A stretch of 64,000 nt of DNA from Promethearchaeota archaeon (GTDB lineage Archaea > Asgardarchaeota > Lokiarchaeia > Sigyniarchaeales > SOKP01). Made by a program: the position numbers and the translations under genes. Position 1 is the first letter of the stretch. Each line of letters starts with the position of its first letter. Below are positions 1 to 9,562 of the stretch, piece after piece. The notes beneath the pieces are model-generated. The model was not told where the DNA came from. It ran no database searches and saw only the letters and a list, made by a program, of their open reading frames with translations. The DNA lies in contig JAEOTP010000069.1 in assembly GCA_016839765.1 (NCBI GenBank), positions 1 to 64,000 of the forward strand, written 5' to 3'.

Positions 1-254
1 TATTTTGGTAATACTCCCATATAGCCAAAAGTACACACTTCTTCGAATATAAACACTCCACCAATACCAGATATCTTTCCATCTTCTTCATAAATGAGAA
101 ATTTTCCAACATTATTTTTAATTAACGCTCTCCACGCCTTCTCTTCCTCTTCATTAATCCTCTTATTAAGAGTTCTTCCAAAAGAAGAATAGAGAACCCC
201 AACACTTTTATAAATTTCTGTATCGCTTAGTTCTCTAATATTGTCTTCTATCAT
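1..254 (-). CDS. GNAT-family N-acetyltransferase (partial, runs off window start)
   Basis: Manual translation MIEDNIRELSDTEIYK...FLIYEEDGKISGIGGVFIFEEVCTFGYMGVLPK matches the GNAT beta-strand pattern leading into motif A; not in ORF track. Confidence 0.6.
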   Translation of the reverse strand, partial: MIEDNIRELSDTEIYKSVGVLYSSFGRTLNKRINEEEEKAWRALIKNNVGKFLIYEEDGKISGIGGVFIFEEVCTFGYMGVLPK

Positions 255-333
255 AGCCAATTCTAATTCTTATTATATTAAATGTGATTAATGTCAAAGT
301 AATAAACTAATTAATAAAAATTAAAGCATAAGA

Positions 334-804
334 TTAATCCTTCATTAATGTCTCAATATGATTAATAATCTTTTTCTCTAGATTAAGATCATTAGGATAA
401 CCTTTTTCTAAATTTTTTAAAATTTCATTATTTAAATATTGGTCAAGGTCATTATCAGAATCCAAATCATCTAATATATTAAAAATATCTTTTTTTTTAT
501 CTAAAATCTCATTTAAAAAGATGAATACTACAATATCTTTCGCTTCTTCAATAGTATTTGATCCTATAACAAGGATAATATCTTCATTAAAAAGATTTCC
601 TCGATAACTGAATATATTCGTATTTCCCCATTTCTTTATTTTATATTTTAAAAAACCTAACACACCTAGGATATCTAAGGGATTTCCATCTCGTTGAAGT
701 TTAAAGCATATTCCAACTTTTTCTTTACTTTCGTAGATAGTATGTAAATCCTTAATATGACCGATTAAAATCTCTCTTTGGGGGGAAGTCTTATTATTTG
801 ACAT
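334..804 (-). CDS. hypothetical protein
   Basis: 156-aa ORF, co-oriented with neighbours, no recognised motif. Confidence 0.6.
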   Translation of the reverse strand: MSNNKTSPQREILIGHIKDLHTIYESKEKVGICFKLQRDGNPLDILGVLGFLKYKIKKWGNTNIFSYRGNLFNEDIILVIGSNTIEEAKDIVVFIFLNEILDKKKDIFNILDDLDSDNDLDQYLNNEILKNLEKGYPNDLNLEKKIINHIETLMKD

Positions 805-818
805 AAGGTTTATTAGAT

Positions 819-1259
819 TTATTTATTTAGAATGGGTTCCAAAATTTCAGCAGCACTTTTAACAAACTTAGGGCATAAATCTTCAAAAACATTGTTCATA
901 TTAGCTTTTTCTCGTCCTTCAAGAGTACTAATATCACAATTAAGGAGTTCTTTACATTTGATTGTTCCATTAACACTTCTGAATTGTTCAATAAAATTCT
1001 CACCTGCTTCATATGCTAATTCTTTACTTTCTTGGTCCTCAACATCCAAATCTCTATATCTTAAACCTATAACCATCAATGCTCCTGTTACTGCGCCACA
1101 GGTATTTCCAGATCTAGCTAATCCTCCTCCCAGCGAACTACTTATTTTGAATGCTAAATCCTCATCAAGACCATATTGGGTACCATAAGCTTTAAGAACA
1201 GCTTGAGCACAATTATGTCCTTGATTAAAAAAAGTAATGGCCTTTTCAATTTTATTCAT
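819..1259 (-). CDS. C_GCAxxG_C_C family putative redox protein
   Basis: HNCAQAV, TCGAVTGA, CKELL and final CPKFV motifs. Confidence 0.9.
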   Translation of the reverse strand: MNKIEKAITFFNQGHNCAQAVLKAYGTQYGLDEDLAFKISSSLGGGLARSGNTCGAVTGALMVIGLRYRDLDVEDQESKELAYEAGENFIEQFRSVNGTIKCKELLNCDISTLEGREKANMNNVFEDLCPKFVKSAAEILEPILNK

Positions 1260-1313
1260 AATAATTCCAATTTAGCAAATATTCAAATAATTTTCTAAAT
1301 GATTTCAAATTTA

Positions 1314-1330
1314 GAAAAGTTTAAATATAT
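1314..1330 (+). promoter_or_regulatory. putative BRE/TATA promoter of the AbrB-methyltransferase operon
   Basis: purine-rich GAAAAG followed by TTTAAATATAT about 60 nt upstream of the AbrB ATG. Confidence 0.5.
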
Positions 1331-1375
1331 ATGATTAATTCGATTAATATGAAAAACATGAATTATATGATTAAA
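1331..1375 (+). repeat. five tandem 9-bp direct repeats (consensus ATGAWTAAT), putative operator
   Basis: ATGATTAAT TCGATTAAT ATGAAAAAC ATGAATTAT ATGATTAAA between the TATA box and the AbrB start. Confidence 0.6.
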
Positions 1376-1388
1376 AGGATTTTCAAAA

Positions 1389-1646
1389 ATGAGCAAATTT
1401 ACAAAAGATAATTATTTCTTTGGCTCTGTGAAAGTAGGCGAAAGAGGCCAGATAGTTATTCCATCAAAAGCAAGGAAAATTTTTAAAATAGAACCAGGAG
1501 ATCAATTACTTGTTTTTGGAGATATTAATAAAGGAATTGGAATAATAAAAGCTACAGAGTTAAAGAATTTTGCCTTGAAGTTTTTTGAAGCATTCGAAAA
1601 AGAGAGCAATAATAAATTGAAAAAAAATAAAATTGGAGATAATTAA
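1389..1646 (+). CDS. AbrB/MazE/SpoVT family DNA-binding protein
   Basis: GSVKVGERGQIVIPSKARKIFKIEPGD swapped-hairpin signature. Confidence 0.9.
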   Translation: MSKFTKDNYFFGSVKVGERGQIVIPSKARKIFKIEPGDQLLVFGDINKGIGIIKATELKNFALKFFEAFEKESNNKLKKNKIGDN

Positions 1647-1647
1647 A

Positions 1648-2184
1648 ATGGGTCATAAAAAAAGTCAATCAAATTTAGACTTTAAATGTATGTCATTCTT
1701 TTTTAAAATTCGTGATTTTTTTAAATCACCTATAAAAAAAGTAGAAAAAGCTAAAATAAAACAAGGAGATTTTGTCCTTGATTATGGTTGCGGAGCAGGA
1801 AGTTATTCTATGGCTGCTGCTGAGATCGTGGGGTCGTCTGGAAAGATTTATGCCGCCGATATTCACCCTTCTGCTATCAAGGAAGTGAATAAAAGAGCTA
1901 TGAAAAAAAACCTAAAAAATATTGAAACTGTTCAAACAGATTGTAAAACAGGATTAGAACCTAATAGTATTAATGTTATTATTTGCTTTGATGTTTTACA
2001 TGGTATTGAAGATAAAATTTGTATTTTAAAAGAATTTTATCGGGTTTTAAAACCTGAATCAATTCTCTCCTTTGATGATCATCATATGAAAGAAAATGAA
2101 ATATTAGAGAAATTAACTTCAGAAGGATTATTCAAATTAGTTGATAAAAAAGATGATCAATACAACTTTACCAAAGTTGCATGA
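1648..2184 (+). CDS. class I SAM-dependent methyltransferase
   Basis: VLDYGCGAG motif I, IYAADIH, RVLKP; ATG at 1648 follows GGAG. Confidence 0.9.
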   Translation: MGHKKSQSNLDFKCMSFFFKIRDFFKSPIKKVEKAKIKQGDFVLDYGCGAGSYSMAAAEIVGSSGKIYAADIHPSAIKEVNKRAMKKNLKNIETVQTDCKTGLEPNSINVIICFDVLHGIEDKICILKEFYRVLKPESILSFDDHHMKENEILEKLTSEGLFKLVDKKDDQYNFTKVA

Positions 2185-2346
2185 TTATTATAATAAAATA
2201 GGTTTAAAGGCCATTTAATTCGATTTTACATTTAATATTTTCTTTAACTGCTTTTTGAAAAATAAAAAAATAAATAATTTTGGTTTTATAATATTTTTGC
2301 TTAGCTTATTTCATTCATAAAATTAAAATTTAAAGGGTAAAGGCTT

Positions 2347-3774
2347 TTGAGTTTAAGTGAAAATGATTTATTATATCAATATAACCATGAAAAAGATGGT
2401 AAGGTTAGAAGAAAAATTCTTGAAACTGCTTTAGAGTATGATTTGAAAAAGACTATTCCTCTTTATATCGAAGCATTAAAGGATGCTAATGTTGAGAATA
2501 AAGTTTTCGCAATTAGATATTTGGGACAAAATTATGTTATAGAAGCTCTAAAACCTTTAATAGAATTGACTCAATATAGATTAGAGATTTACGATGAGCT
2601 AATTTCAAGCATAGTAAAAATTGCTAAACATGTGGATTTAGAAGAAATTATTGGGTTTCTTGAAATGGGAAACTTTAATTTAAAAAAATCTATTCCTGTT
2701 ATTTTGGGGAAAATAGGGAATAAAAATGCTGTAAAAATTCTTATTGAACTCTTAGATGATAAAAACCCTATTGTGAGGAGAAATACTGTCAGAGCTTTAG
2801 AAAAATTAATTGAACCAACAGATTTAAGGCATCTAATAAAGAAGTTGGGAGATATAAATCTTGAAGTTAGAAAGACTACCATTCGTGTTTTAGGGTATAC
2901 AGGAGATAAAAACTCAGTTAAACCATTATTAGAGCTGCTAAAGGATCCAGAACCTGATATAAGAAGACACACAGTTAGAGCACTTTATAGAATTTTAAAA
3001 AAGGAAAAATCTCTAAGAACAATATATAGTATATTAAAAAGCAAGAATTCTATTTTACGATTAGAAGCTATTAAATTACTCGGATTGATTGAAAGTCCTG
3101 ATTCTATTAAACACCTAACTAGATTACTTAATAGTACTAATGGAAAGATTAGAAGACTAGCCTTTAATGTAATAATAAAGATTTCGAAAGCTAAAAAGAT
3201 AATGGATAATTCAATTCTTCAGGGTTTGGAAGCTAAAGAATGGCAAATTAGAAGATATTGTGCGAGAATTATAGGAGTAATTGGTAACGATTCAAATACT
3301 GATTCCCTTTTTAATTTGTTAAAAAACACAAAGAATTCAGTCAGAAGAGCTGCAATTGAGGCATTATCTAAGCTTGGTGGAAAAAAGATAATAGAAATTT
3401 CTAAAAAATATTTAGAAAACCCAGACTGGAGAATTAGAAGGTCTGTAGTCGATCTATTAAGAAAAATTGGTACTGAGGAAGCAATAGATCCACTAATTAA
3501 AAGTCTTAATGATGAGGATGTTTATATTAGAAGTTGGGCTATTAAAGCACTTGGAAATCTTAACGGTGACGAAATAATTAACGCATTAGAAGTTAAATTA
3601 AAAGATGAAAATCCAAAAATAAGATTGTCAGCTATAAAAGCATTAGGTAAAATCGGAGATAAAAAGGCTATGAATTTGCTTGTCCAAGCCTTAGGAGATG
3701 ATCAATTCGAAATCAGAAAAGAAATTGAATCTATTTTGAACAAAATCGAACCAAATTGGTTAAATCTAATTTAA
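2347..3774 (+). CDS. HEAT/PBS-lyase repeat protein
   Basis: many LxDxxxxVRxxAxxALGxIG repeats. Confidence 0.9.
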   Translation: MSLSENDLLYQYNHEKDGKVRRKILETALEYDLKKTIPLYIEALKDANVENKVFAIRYLGQNYVIEALKPLIELTQYRLEIYDELISSIVKIAKHVDLEEIIGFLEMGNFNLKKSIPVILGKIGNKNAVKILIELLDDKNPIVRRNTVRALEKLIEPTDLRHLIKKLGDINLEVRKTTIRVLGYTGDKNSVKPLLELLKDPEPDIRRHTVRALYRILKKEKSLRTIYSILKSKNSILRLEAIKLLGLIESPDSIKHLTRLLNSTNGKIRRLAFNVIIKISKAKKIMDNSILQGLEAKEWQIRRYCARIIGVIGNDSNTDSLFNLLKNTKNSVRRAAIEALSKLGGKKIIEISKKYLENPDWRIRRSVVDLLRKIGTEEAIDPLIKSLNDEDVYIRSWAIKALGNLNGDEIINALEVKLKDENPKIRLSAIKALGKIGDKKAMNLLVQALGDDQFEIRKEIESILNKIEPNWLNLI

Positions 3775-3908
3775 CTGATCTTTTTAAATAATTGAAATTA
3801 TCCTTTTAAGAATAGACTTTTTTGGAGAATTTGAGTTCTGTCAATTAAGATTTTGGGAACTTTTATTTTAGGTTTATTTTTTCTCTACATAATTAAATGA
3901 AGAAATAG

Positions 3909-5180
3909 ATGATCGAAAAAATGGATCAAGCATTAAATAAATACATATATAAATTCATTGAGGATGTGTGTACTACAATAGGACCCAGAGAATCTGGAAC
4001 AAAACAAGAAATTCTTGCTGGTAATAAAATAGAAGAAGAATTGAAAAAATATTGTGATAAAACCAACCAAGAAGAATATATCAGCCATCCTCACGCATTT
4101 CTTGGTGGGATAAGATATGGCGCAATGCTAGTCCTAGTTTCTATTGTTTTGTACTGGCTTTCTCTACTAATCGATCTTAATATTTTACAATTGGAATCAT
4201 TTTATAGTTTATTATTGATAAGCGTTGCTCTTATCATAATGGCTCTTTCAATTAGCTATTTTATCTTTAATGTGATGAAATATTATGAAGTATTTGATTT
4301 CCTTTTTCCAAAGAGAAAATCAAATAATATAATTGGAACAATAAATCCCTCTGGAGAGATAAAAAATACAATAATTTTTTCTGCACATCATGATTCTGCC
4401 TTTGAATTTAATACATTTTATTATTTGGGACGTACTGGGCAAGTTATTATTAATTTGGGCTATTTAGGAGCTGCAATCATATTTATAGTAATTATTGTAA
4501 AAATTATATTTCAGTTCTTAACAAATATTGTTGATTTCGCAATTGTTTTCTTATTTTTTGGTATTTTATTTTTAATTTTTATCCCAATAGCCTTTGTTTA
4601 TATATTTTTTCATAGTTATCGCCCGGTTCTAGGAGCTTTTGACAACTTATCTGGCGTTGCAGTAGTATTGGGGATTGGGAGGTATTTGTACGAAAATAAA
4701 ACTAATGACAATTTCTTTCCCAAACACACAAGAATTCATCTGATATCTTTTGCTGGCGAAGAAGCTGGATTAAGAGGTTCAAAAAGATATATTAAATCTC
4801 ATTTTAAGGAACTTAAAGAGACTGGAGCTATTGTAATCAATATGGATGGATTAGCAAAAAAAGATATTATCATTGTAATTGACAAGGAATCAGGAATTGG
4901 AGCAAAACATAAACCTGAAGTTGTTAAATCCTTATATAAAATAGCTAAGGACATTAACAATAAAGCTAAGATGGGTTCACTTCCATTTGGAGCAACTGAT
5001 GCAGCAGCATTTAGCAAAAAAGGAATTGCTGCCACCTGTTTAGGAGGATTAAATCTTAAAGAAGAACTTGCCCCTTATTATCATACAAGAAATGATACTC
5101 CTGAAGTTATTGAAGAGGAAGCATTAGGACAAGCAGTTCAAATCTGTGTTGAATATTTAAAGTTAATAGATTCCAAATAA
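3909..5180 (+). CDS. M28-family membrane-inserted metallopeptidase
   Basis: SAHHDS, GAFDNLSG, GEEAGLRG, TDA and YHT motifs with TM insertions. Confidence 0.85.
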   Translation: MIEKMDQALNKYIYKFIEDVCTTIGPRESGTKQEILAGNKIEEELKKYCDKTNQEEYISHPHAFLGGIRYGAMLVLVSIVLYWLSLLIDLNILQLESFYSLLLISVALIIMALSISYFIFNVMKYYEVFDFLFPKRKSNNIIGTINPSGEIKNTIIFSAHHDSAFEFNTFYYLGRTGQVIINLGYLGAAIIFIVIIVKIIFQFLTNIVDFAIVFLFFGILFLIFIPIAFVYIFFHSYRPVLGAFDNLSGVAVVLGIGRYLYENKTNDNFFPKHTRIHLISFAGEEAGLRGSKRYIKSHFKELKETGAIVINMDGLAKKDIIIVIDKESGIGAKHKPEVVKSLYKIAKDINNKAKMGSLPFGATDAAAFSKKGIAATCLGGLNLKEELAPYYHTRNDTPEVIEEEALGQAVQICVEYLKLIDSK

Positions 5181-5336
5181 GCATGAAAAGATGATATTTA
5201 ATTAATATAGAAATATTATTTTCCTTATCTATTTCTTGTTCGCGTAACTGCTTTTTTCTAAAAAGAAAAACCTTCAACAATTAAATACTAAAAGACCCAA
5301 TTTTAGATTAATTAATAATATAAATACAAGGTGATT

Positions 5337-5498
5337 ATGAAATTGAAAGAATATAAGGTGGAAGTTGTAGGAAATATTTACGCTAGCGCAAAACACGCTA
5401 AAGAATTTGAAAAAATTTTAAACGATCAAGCAAATGAAGGTTGGGAATTTAAATTAGCCGCTTCAATGTACTTGGTATTTGAAAGAGAGAAAATATAA
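5337..5498 (+). CDS. small DUF4177-like protein (53 aa)
   Basis: MKLKEYKVEV...FEKILNDQANEGWEF...LVFEREKI; AGGTGA SD upstream, T-tract downstream; below ORF-track cutoff. Confidence 0.7.
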   Translation: MKLKEYKVEVVGNIYASAKHAKEFEKILNDQANEGWEFKLAASMYLVFEREKI

Positions 5499-5579
5499 GA
5501 AATATTCCAGTTTTAACTTTAAATTTTTAACTTTTTTTTCAAACTGATCTATACTGATCAAAAAAGACATAAGCAAATT

Positions 5580-5975
5580 TTAATATAAAAATATTATTTT
5601 TCGAATATATTTCTCAATCTCATCTAATATGGGATTTATTTTAGATATATCGTTTAAAATAAATGAAAGAAACGTCTTTTCATCACATTCAATTAGTATT
5701 ATAGTATCTTTATCCAGCTCAGCAATAATTTTATTAAACTTTTTTCCTCCTATTGTCTTTCCTAGGCCTAAAGCACTTTCTAAAACGGAAGCACACATCG
5801 AGGAATATTCATCACTATTAAATTCTGGATAACTCCCACTTAAATTTTCAGCGATAATCCCTCCTTCTCTGTAAGAAAAGATTACTCCCTTTAACTTTCC
5901 TTTTTGCTTTAATTCATTTAAAATCTGGTTCAGCATTTCCAGTTTCTGTTCCTTAGTAGGTTCTTTATTATTCAT
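5580..5975 (-). CDS. roadblock/LC7 domain protein
   Basis: GVIFSYREGGIIA...SMCASVL pattern, ~130 aa. Confidence 0.7.
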   Translation of the reverse strand: MNNKEPTKEQKLEMLNQILNELKQKGKLKGVIFSYREGGIIAENLSGSYPEFNSDEYSSMCASVLESALGLGKTIGGKKFNKIIAELDKDTIILIECDEKTFLSFILNDISKINPILDEIEKYIRKIIFLY

Positions 5976-6038
5976 TTTCAAGTGCAAGAAGATATGCTAA
6001 TAAATAAATTAATTAATAACACTATAAATGTTTAATAT

Positions 6039-7451
6039 ATGGAGCAAGTTGAATTTGATAAAAAAGTAGAAGAGTTAATTAAAAAAACAAACTCTGAGTT
6101 TATTGAAAAAGATTTACCTACTTTTTTAAAAATTCCCAGTAATACTTTTAATAAAAAGGGAATTCAACAAGCAAAAGATTTTTTACTTTCATATATCTCG
6201 GATTTTTGTGGGGATTTTAGGGAATTTGAGGGTGAAATTAATCCCCTAATCTTAGCAAAAGTAGAGGGCCAAATTAAAGACTCTCTATTAATTTATATGA
6301 TGTATGATACACAACCAATTACTAATGAAACAGAATGGATATCTAATCCTTTTAACGCTGAGAAAAAAATCCTAGCAGAACCATTAGATAAGCTAGGAAA
6401 ATGTATTATAGCAAGAGGGGCATATAATTCAAAAACCCCATTATTATGCTTTTTAAATGTAATAAAAATTCTAAAAAAAAATGAAAAATTACCAATTTCT
6501 CTATTATTATTATTTGATGGAGAGGAAGAAATAGGCTCACCTTCATTATTACAATATTTGGAAAAGAAGAAGGAAATTTTGAAATCTTGTTTAGACGCAT
6601 ATTATCCAGCAGCTAAGCAAGATTTAAATGGTAGAGCAGTTCTTAAATTAGGATACAAAGGTATCCTTTCACTCAATATTAAGACTTTATCAAAAAATAA
6701 GGAAACACATTCTGCATATAGTTCAATGATTCCAAATCCAGCAATAAATTTGGTAAATTTAATAAACTTAATGTATTCAGAATATAAATTCAATATTACT
6801 CCATTAAAGAATCCCTATAACCCCACCGAACAGGAAGAAAAGATAGTTAATGATTTATTTAAACAAATTGATATTGAAAATATAAAACAAAAAGCGGGTA
6901 TTACTCAAATACTTGAAGAGGATACAAAAGAAGGTTTTTTGAATTATTTGTTTAATCCTACATTTAATATATCCACATTAAAATCAGGCTATTTGGAGGA
7001 AGGTATAAAAAATATAGTTCCACATAGTGCAGAATGTAATATTGATATCCGATTTGCACATGATATTTCTATTGCTGAGCTCTATAAAGAAATTAAAAAT
7101 TTAGTAGAAAATTATGCTAAACTCTCTAAATTAGAGATCAAATTAACTAAAAAGATTGGTTATGAAGGTTCTCGGGTTTTAAAAGATTCAAACCTTATTA
7201 GAAGTCTTGTCAAGAGTTTTGAAAAACTAGATGTCCAAACGGAAATTTGGCCATTAAGCGCAGCAGCAGCTCCTCTAAGCAAAATTCAAAAAGAATTAGG
7301 ATTAAATTTTATTGTTGGTGGTTTAGGTATTGGTGGTTTTGCGCACTCTCCAAATGAATTTATTCAGATTGATTCAATATTAAACATGCGCCTTTCAAAT
7401 TACTTTTTTTTAAAAAACTATACTCACAATAATTTAAAGGTGAATTTTTGA
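6039..7451 (+). CDS. M20/M25/M40 family metallopeptidase (ArgE/DapE-like)
   Basis: YDTQP, ARGAYNSK, DGEEEIGS, AHSPNE; some metal ligands are divergent. Confidence 0.85.
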   Translation: MEQVEFDKKVEELIKKTNSEFIEKDLPTFLKIPSNTFNKKGIQQAKDFLLSYISDFCGDFREFEGEINPLILAKVEGQIKDSLLIYMMYDTQPITNETEWISNPFNAEKKILAEPLDKLGKCIIARGAYNSKTPLLCFLNVIKILKKNEKLPISLLLLFDGEEEIGSPSLLQYLEKKKEILKSCLDAYYPAAKQDLNGRAVLKLGYKGILSLNIKTLSKNKETHSAYSSMIPNPAINLVNLINLMYSEYKFNITPLKNPYNPTEQEEKIVNDLFKQIDIENIKQKAGITQILEEDTKEGFLNYLFNPTFNISTLKSGYLEEGIKNIVPHSAECNIDIRFAHDISIAELYKEIKNLVENYAKLSKLEIKLTKKIGYEGSRVLKDSNLIRSLVKSFEKLDVQTEIWPLSAAAAPLSKIQKELGLNFIVGGLGIGGFAHSPNEFIQIDSILNMRLSNYFFLKNYTHNNLKVNF

Positions 7452-7608
7452 AAAATTTGGTAAATCTTTAAAATCTTTCTAAAACAAATTATTTTTAAAA
7501 TAGAACTTTCTTAATATTAACAATTAAAAAATCGAAAAGTGAATATATTATTAACTTATAATCTTTAAAATAACTTGAAAAGATATTAATTATTTTGGGG
7601 TACTGAAA

Positions 7609-8145
7609 ATGGAAAGCGATGCTATGTATAAAGTCTGTCTATTTGGGGACGGTGGAGTGGGCAAGACTACTTTAATCAAGCGATATCTTACTGGTGTTTT
7701 TAAAGGAAATTCTACCATAACTATAGGTGTTGATTTTCACGTTAAAAAATTAAAAATTGAAGGAAAAAAGGTTTCACTGCAAATATGGGATTTTGCGGGA
7801 GAAGATCGATTTAGATTTCTTTTACCTAGTTATGTAGTTGGAGCATCGGGTGGGATTTTTATGTATGATATCACACGCTACTCAAGCTTGAAAAATTTTA
7901 AAGATTGGATTGAAATTTTCAAAAGAGGTTTTATTGGGGATAATAGGCAATTACCAGTCATTATGGTTGGAGGAAAATTAGATTTACAGTATAAAAGGAC
8001 AGTATCGACTAAAGACGCATACGATTTAGCGAGGAATTATAATTTATATGGATATATTGAATGTTCTTCAAAAGATGGACGTAATATTGAAGAAATCTTT
8101 ATTGAAATTGCAAAAATAATGATGCATAGATCAGGAATAATTTAA
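7609..8145 (+). CDS. Rab-like small GTPase
   Basis: GDGGVGKT, TIGVDF, WDFAGE, GKLD, CSSK motifs. Confidence 0.95.
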   Translation: MESDAMYKVCLFGDGGVGKTTLIKRYLTGVFKGNSTITIGVDFHVKKLKIEGKKVSLQIWDFAGEDRFRFLLPSYVVGASGGIFMYDITRYSSLKNFKDWIEIFKRGFIGDNRQLPVIMVGGKLDLQYKRTVSTKDAYDLARNYNLYGYIECSSKDGRNIEEIFIEIAKIMMHRSGII

Positions 8146-8204
8146 GATTATTGTCTAAAATTAAAATAAAGCTCTTTTTCTAAATTCTTAAATTAAATTT
8201 TAAC

Positions 8205-8540
8205 CTATTTTGATTTTAATTCTGCTCTGTTGATTAAATAAAGTAAATGAGAACCATACATATTTTTATTTGCTATAAATGATAACTCAACCTTGTTCTC
8301 ATTTCTATTTTTGTAAACCGTTTCAAAGATCAAAATATCCTGTCCCATATTTAGATCCTTTTTGTAAGAGTATACTGTTAGGTTATCAGAATAATATTCA
8401 ATCCTTTTATGGTGAGCACGAGCTTTATTTATTTCTTGTTCTAATTCTTTTGCAAAATTTGTACAATTATCCTCCAGAATTAATTTAATTTCTCCAACTG
8501 TATTTAATTCTTCAAACTCTTCTATATTACATTTTGCCAT
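8205..8540 (-). CDS. hypothetical protein
   Basis: 111-aa ORF with GAGG SD-like motif upstream. Confidence 0.55.
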   Translation of the reverse strand: MAKCNIEEFEELNTVGEIKLILEDNCTNFAKELEQEINKARAHHKRIEYYSDNLTVYSYKKDLNMGQDILIFETVYKNRNENKVELSFIANKNMYGSHLLYLINRAELKSK

Positions 8541-8715
8541 ATCAATAACCTCATAGAATTATTTTTTACCTCGAATAATTAATAAAAATTCTAGATTTTA
8601 AAAAAAAGGATTTTTAGGCAATTACGTGATAAGCATACTATCCATTTTTTATTAATATTATTAAAATTAATATTATTAAAATTATTGAAAAGAATAAAAT
8701 TTTATAATCAGAAAT

Positions 8716-9555
8716 TTAATTAGTAAATATTTTATTTAACTCATCTAAAATGAGATCCGGTATTTGGTTAAGATTAACCTGATCTAAATCTTCTAACTTT
8801 AATTGTTCAACATCTTTCATTTGAGAAACTCCAGTTAATACTAATACCGTTTTAATACCTGCCAAATTGCCTGCTAAAATGTCAGTATCCAAGCGATCTC
8901 CAAAAATAGCAGTTTTTTTAGTTGGAACTTTTTTCTCCTTCAGAATGAGTTCTATACCATAAGGTTGAGGCTTTCCAAAAACTTTTATAGGTTTAATCCC
9001 GGTACATGTTTCTAGAGCTTTTACCATAACACCCGCGCCTGGTAAAACACCCCTATCTACTGGTAATGTTGCGTCCGCATTTGTAGCATAGAATTGAGCA
9101 TTGCCTTCTAAGATGCATTTTTGAGCTAATGCTAAATTTTTGTATTTAAAATCACGATCTAATCCTACGACTACAAAATCAACCTTCTTATACTCTGATT
9201 CCACCGTTATAATTTCATGCCCACAAGCTTTTAGTTCTTCCCTTAAGCCAATTTCACCTATTACAAAGATTTTCGCTCTTTTTTTAAGCTTAGAAATTTC
9301 TGCAGCTGTAATTGAAGCACTAGTATAGAAATCACCAATTTCACTTGAGATTTTGAAGTCATTTAATCTATCAACATACATCTGTCTAGTTGCTGTAGAA
9401 TTATTTGAGTTATACACAATATTTATTGTAAGTTCTTTTAATTGTTGGATAACTTTATCTACACCTGGGAGTAATTTATTCCCCCTATAAATAACTCCAT
9501 CTAAATCAAAGATTGCCAATTCAATATCTTTAAGTTCTTCGATCAATTGACGCAT
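8716..9555 (-). CDS. HAD-superfamily IIA hydrolase (NagD-like)
   Basis: FDLDGV, SNNS, GKP, GDRLDTDI motifs. Confidence 0.92.
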   Translation of the reverse strand: MRQLIEELKDIELAIFDLDGVIYRGNKLLPGVDKVIQQLKELTINIVYNSNNSTATRQMYVDRLNDFKISSEIGDFYTSASITAAEISKLKKRAKIFVIGEIGLREELKACGHEIITVESEYKKVDFVVVGLDRDFKYKNLALAQKCILEGNAQFYATNADATLPVDRGVLPGAGVMVKALETCTGIKPIKVFGKPQPYGIELILKEKKVPTKKTAIFGDRLDTDILAGNLAGIKTVLVLTGVSQMKDVEQLKLEDLDQVNLNQIPDLILDELNKIFTN

Positions 9556-9562
9556 ATTTGAA

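Noticed and set aside
8645-8690. TTAATATTATTAAAA tandem repeat in a convergent/terminator region
   Set aside because: Low-complexity AT sequence with only two copies; not CRISPR-like.
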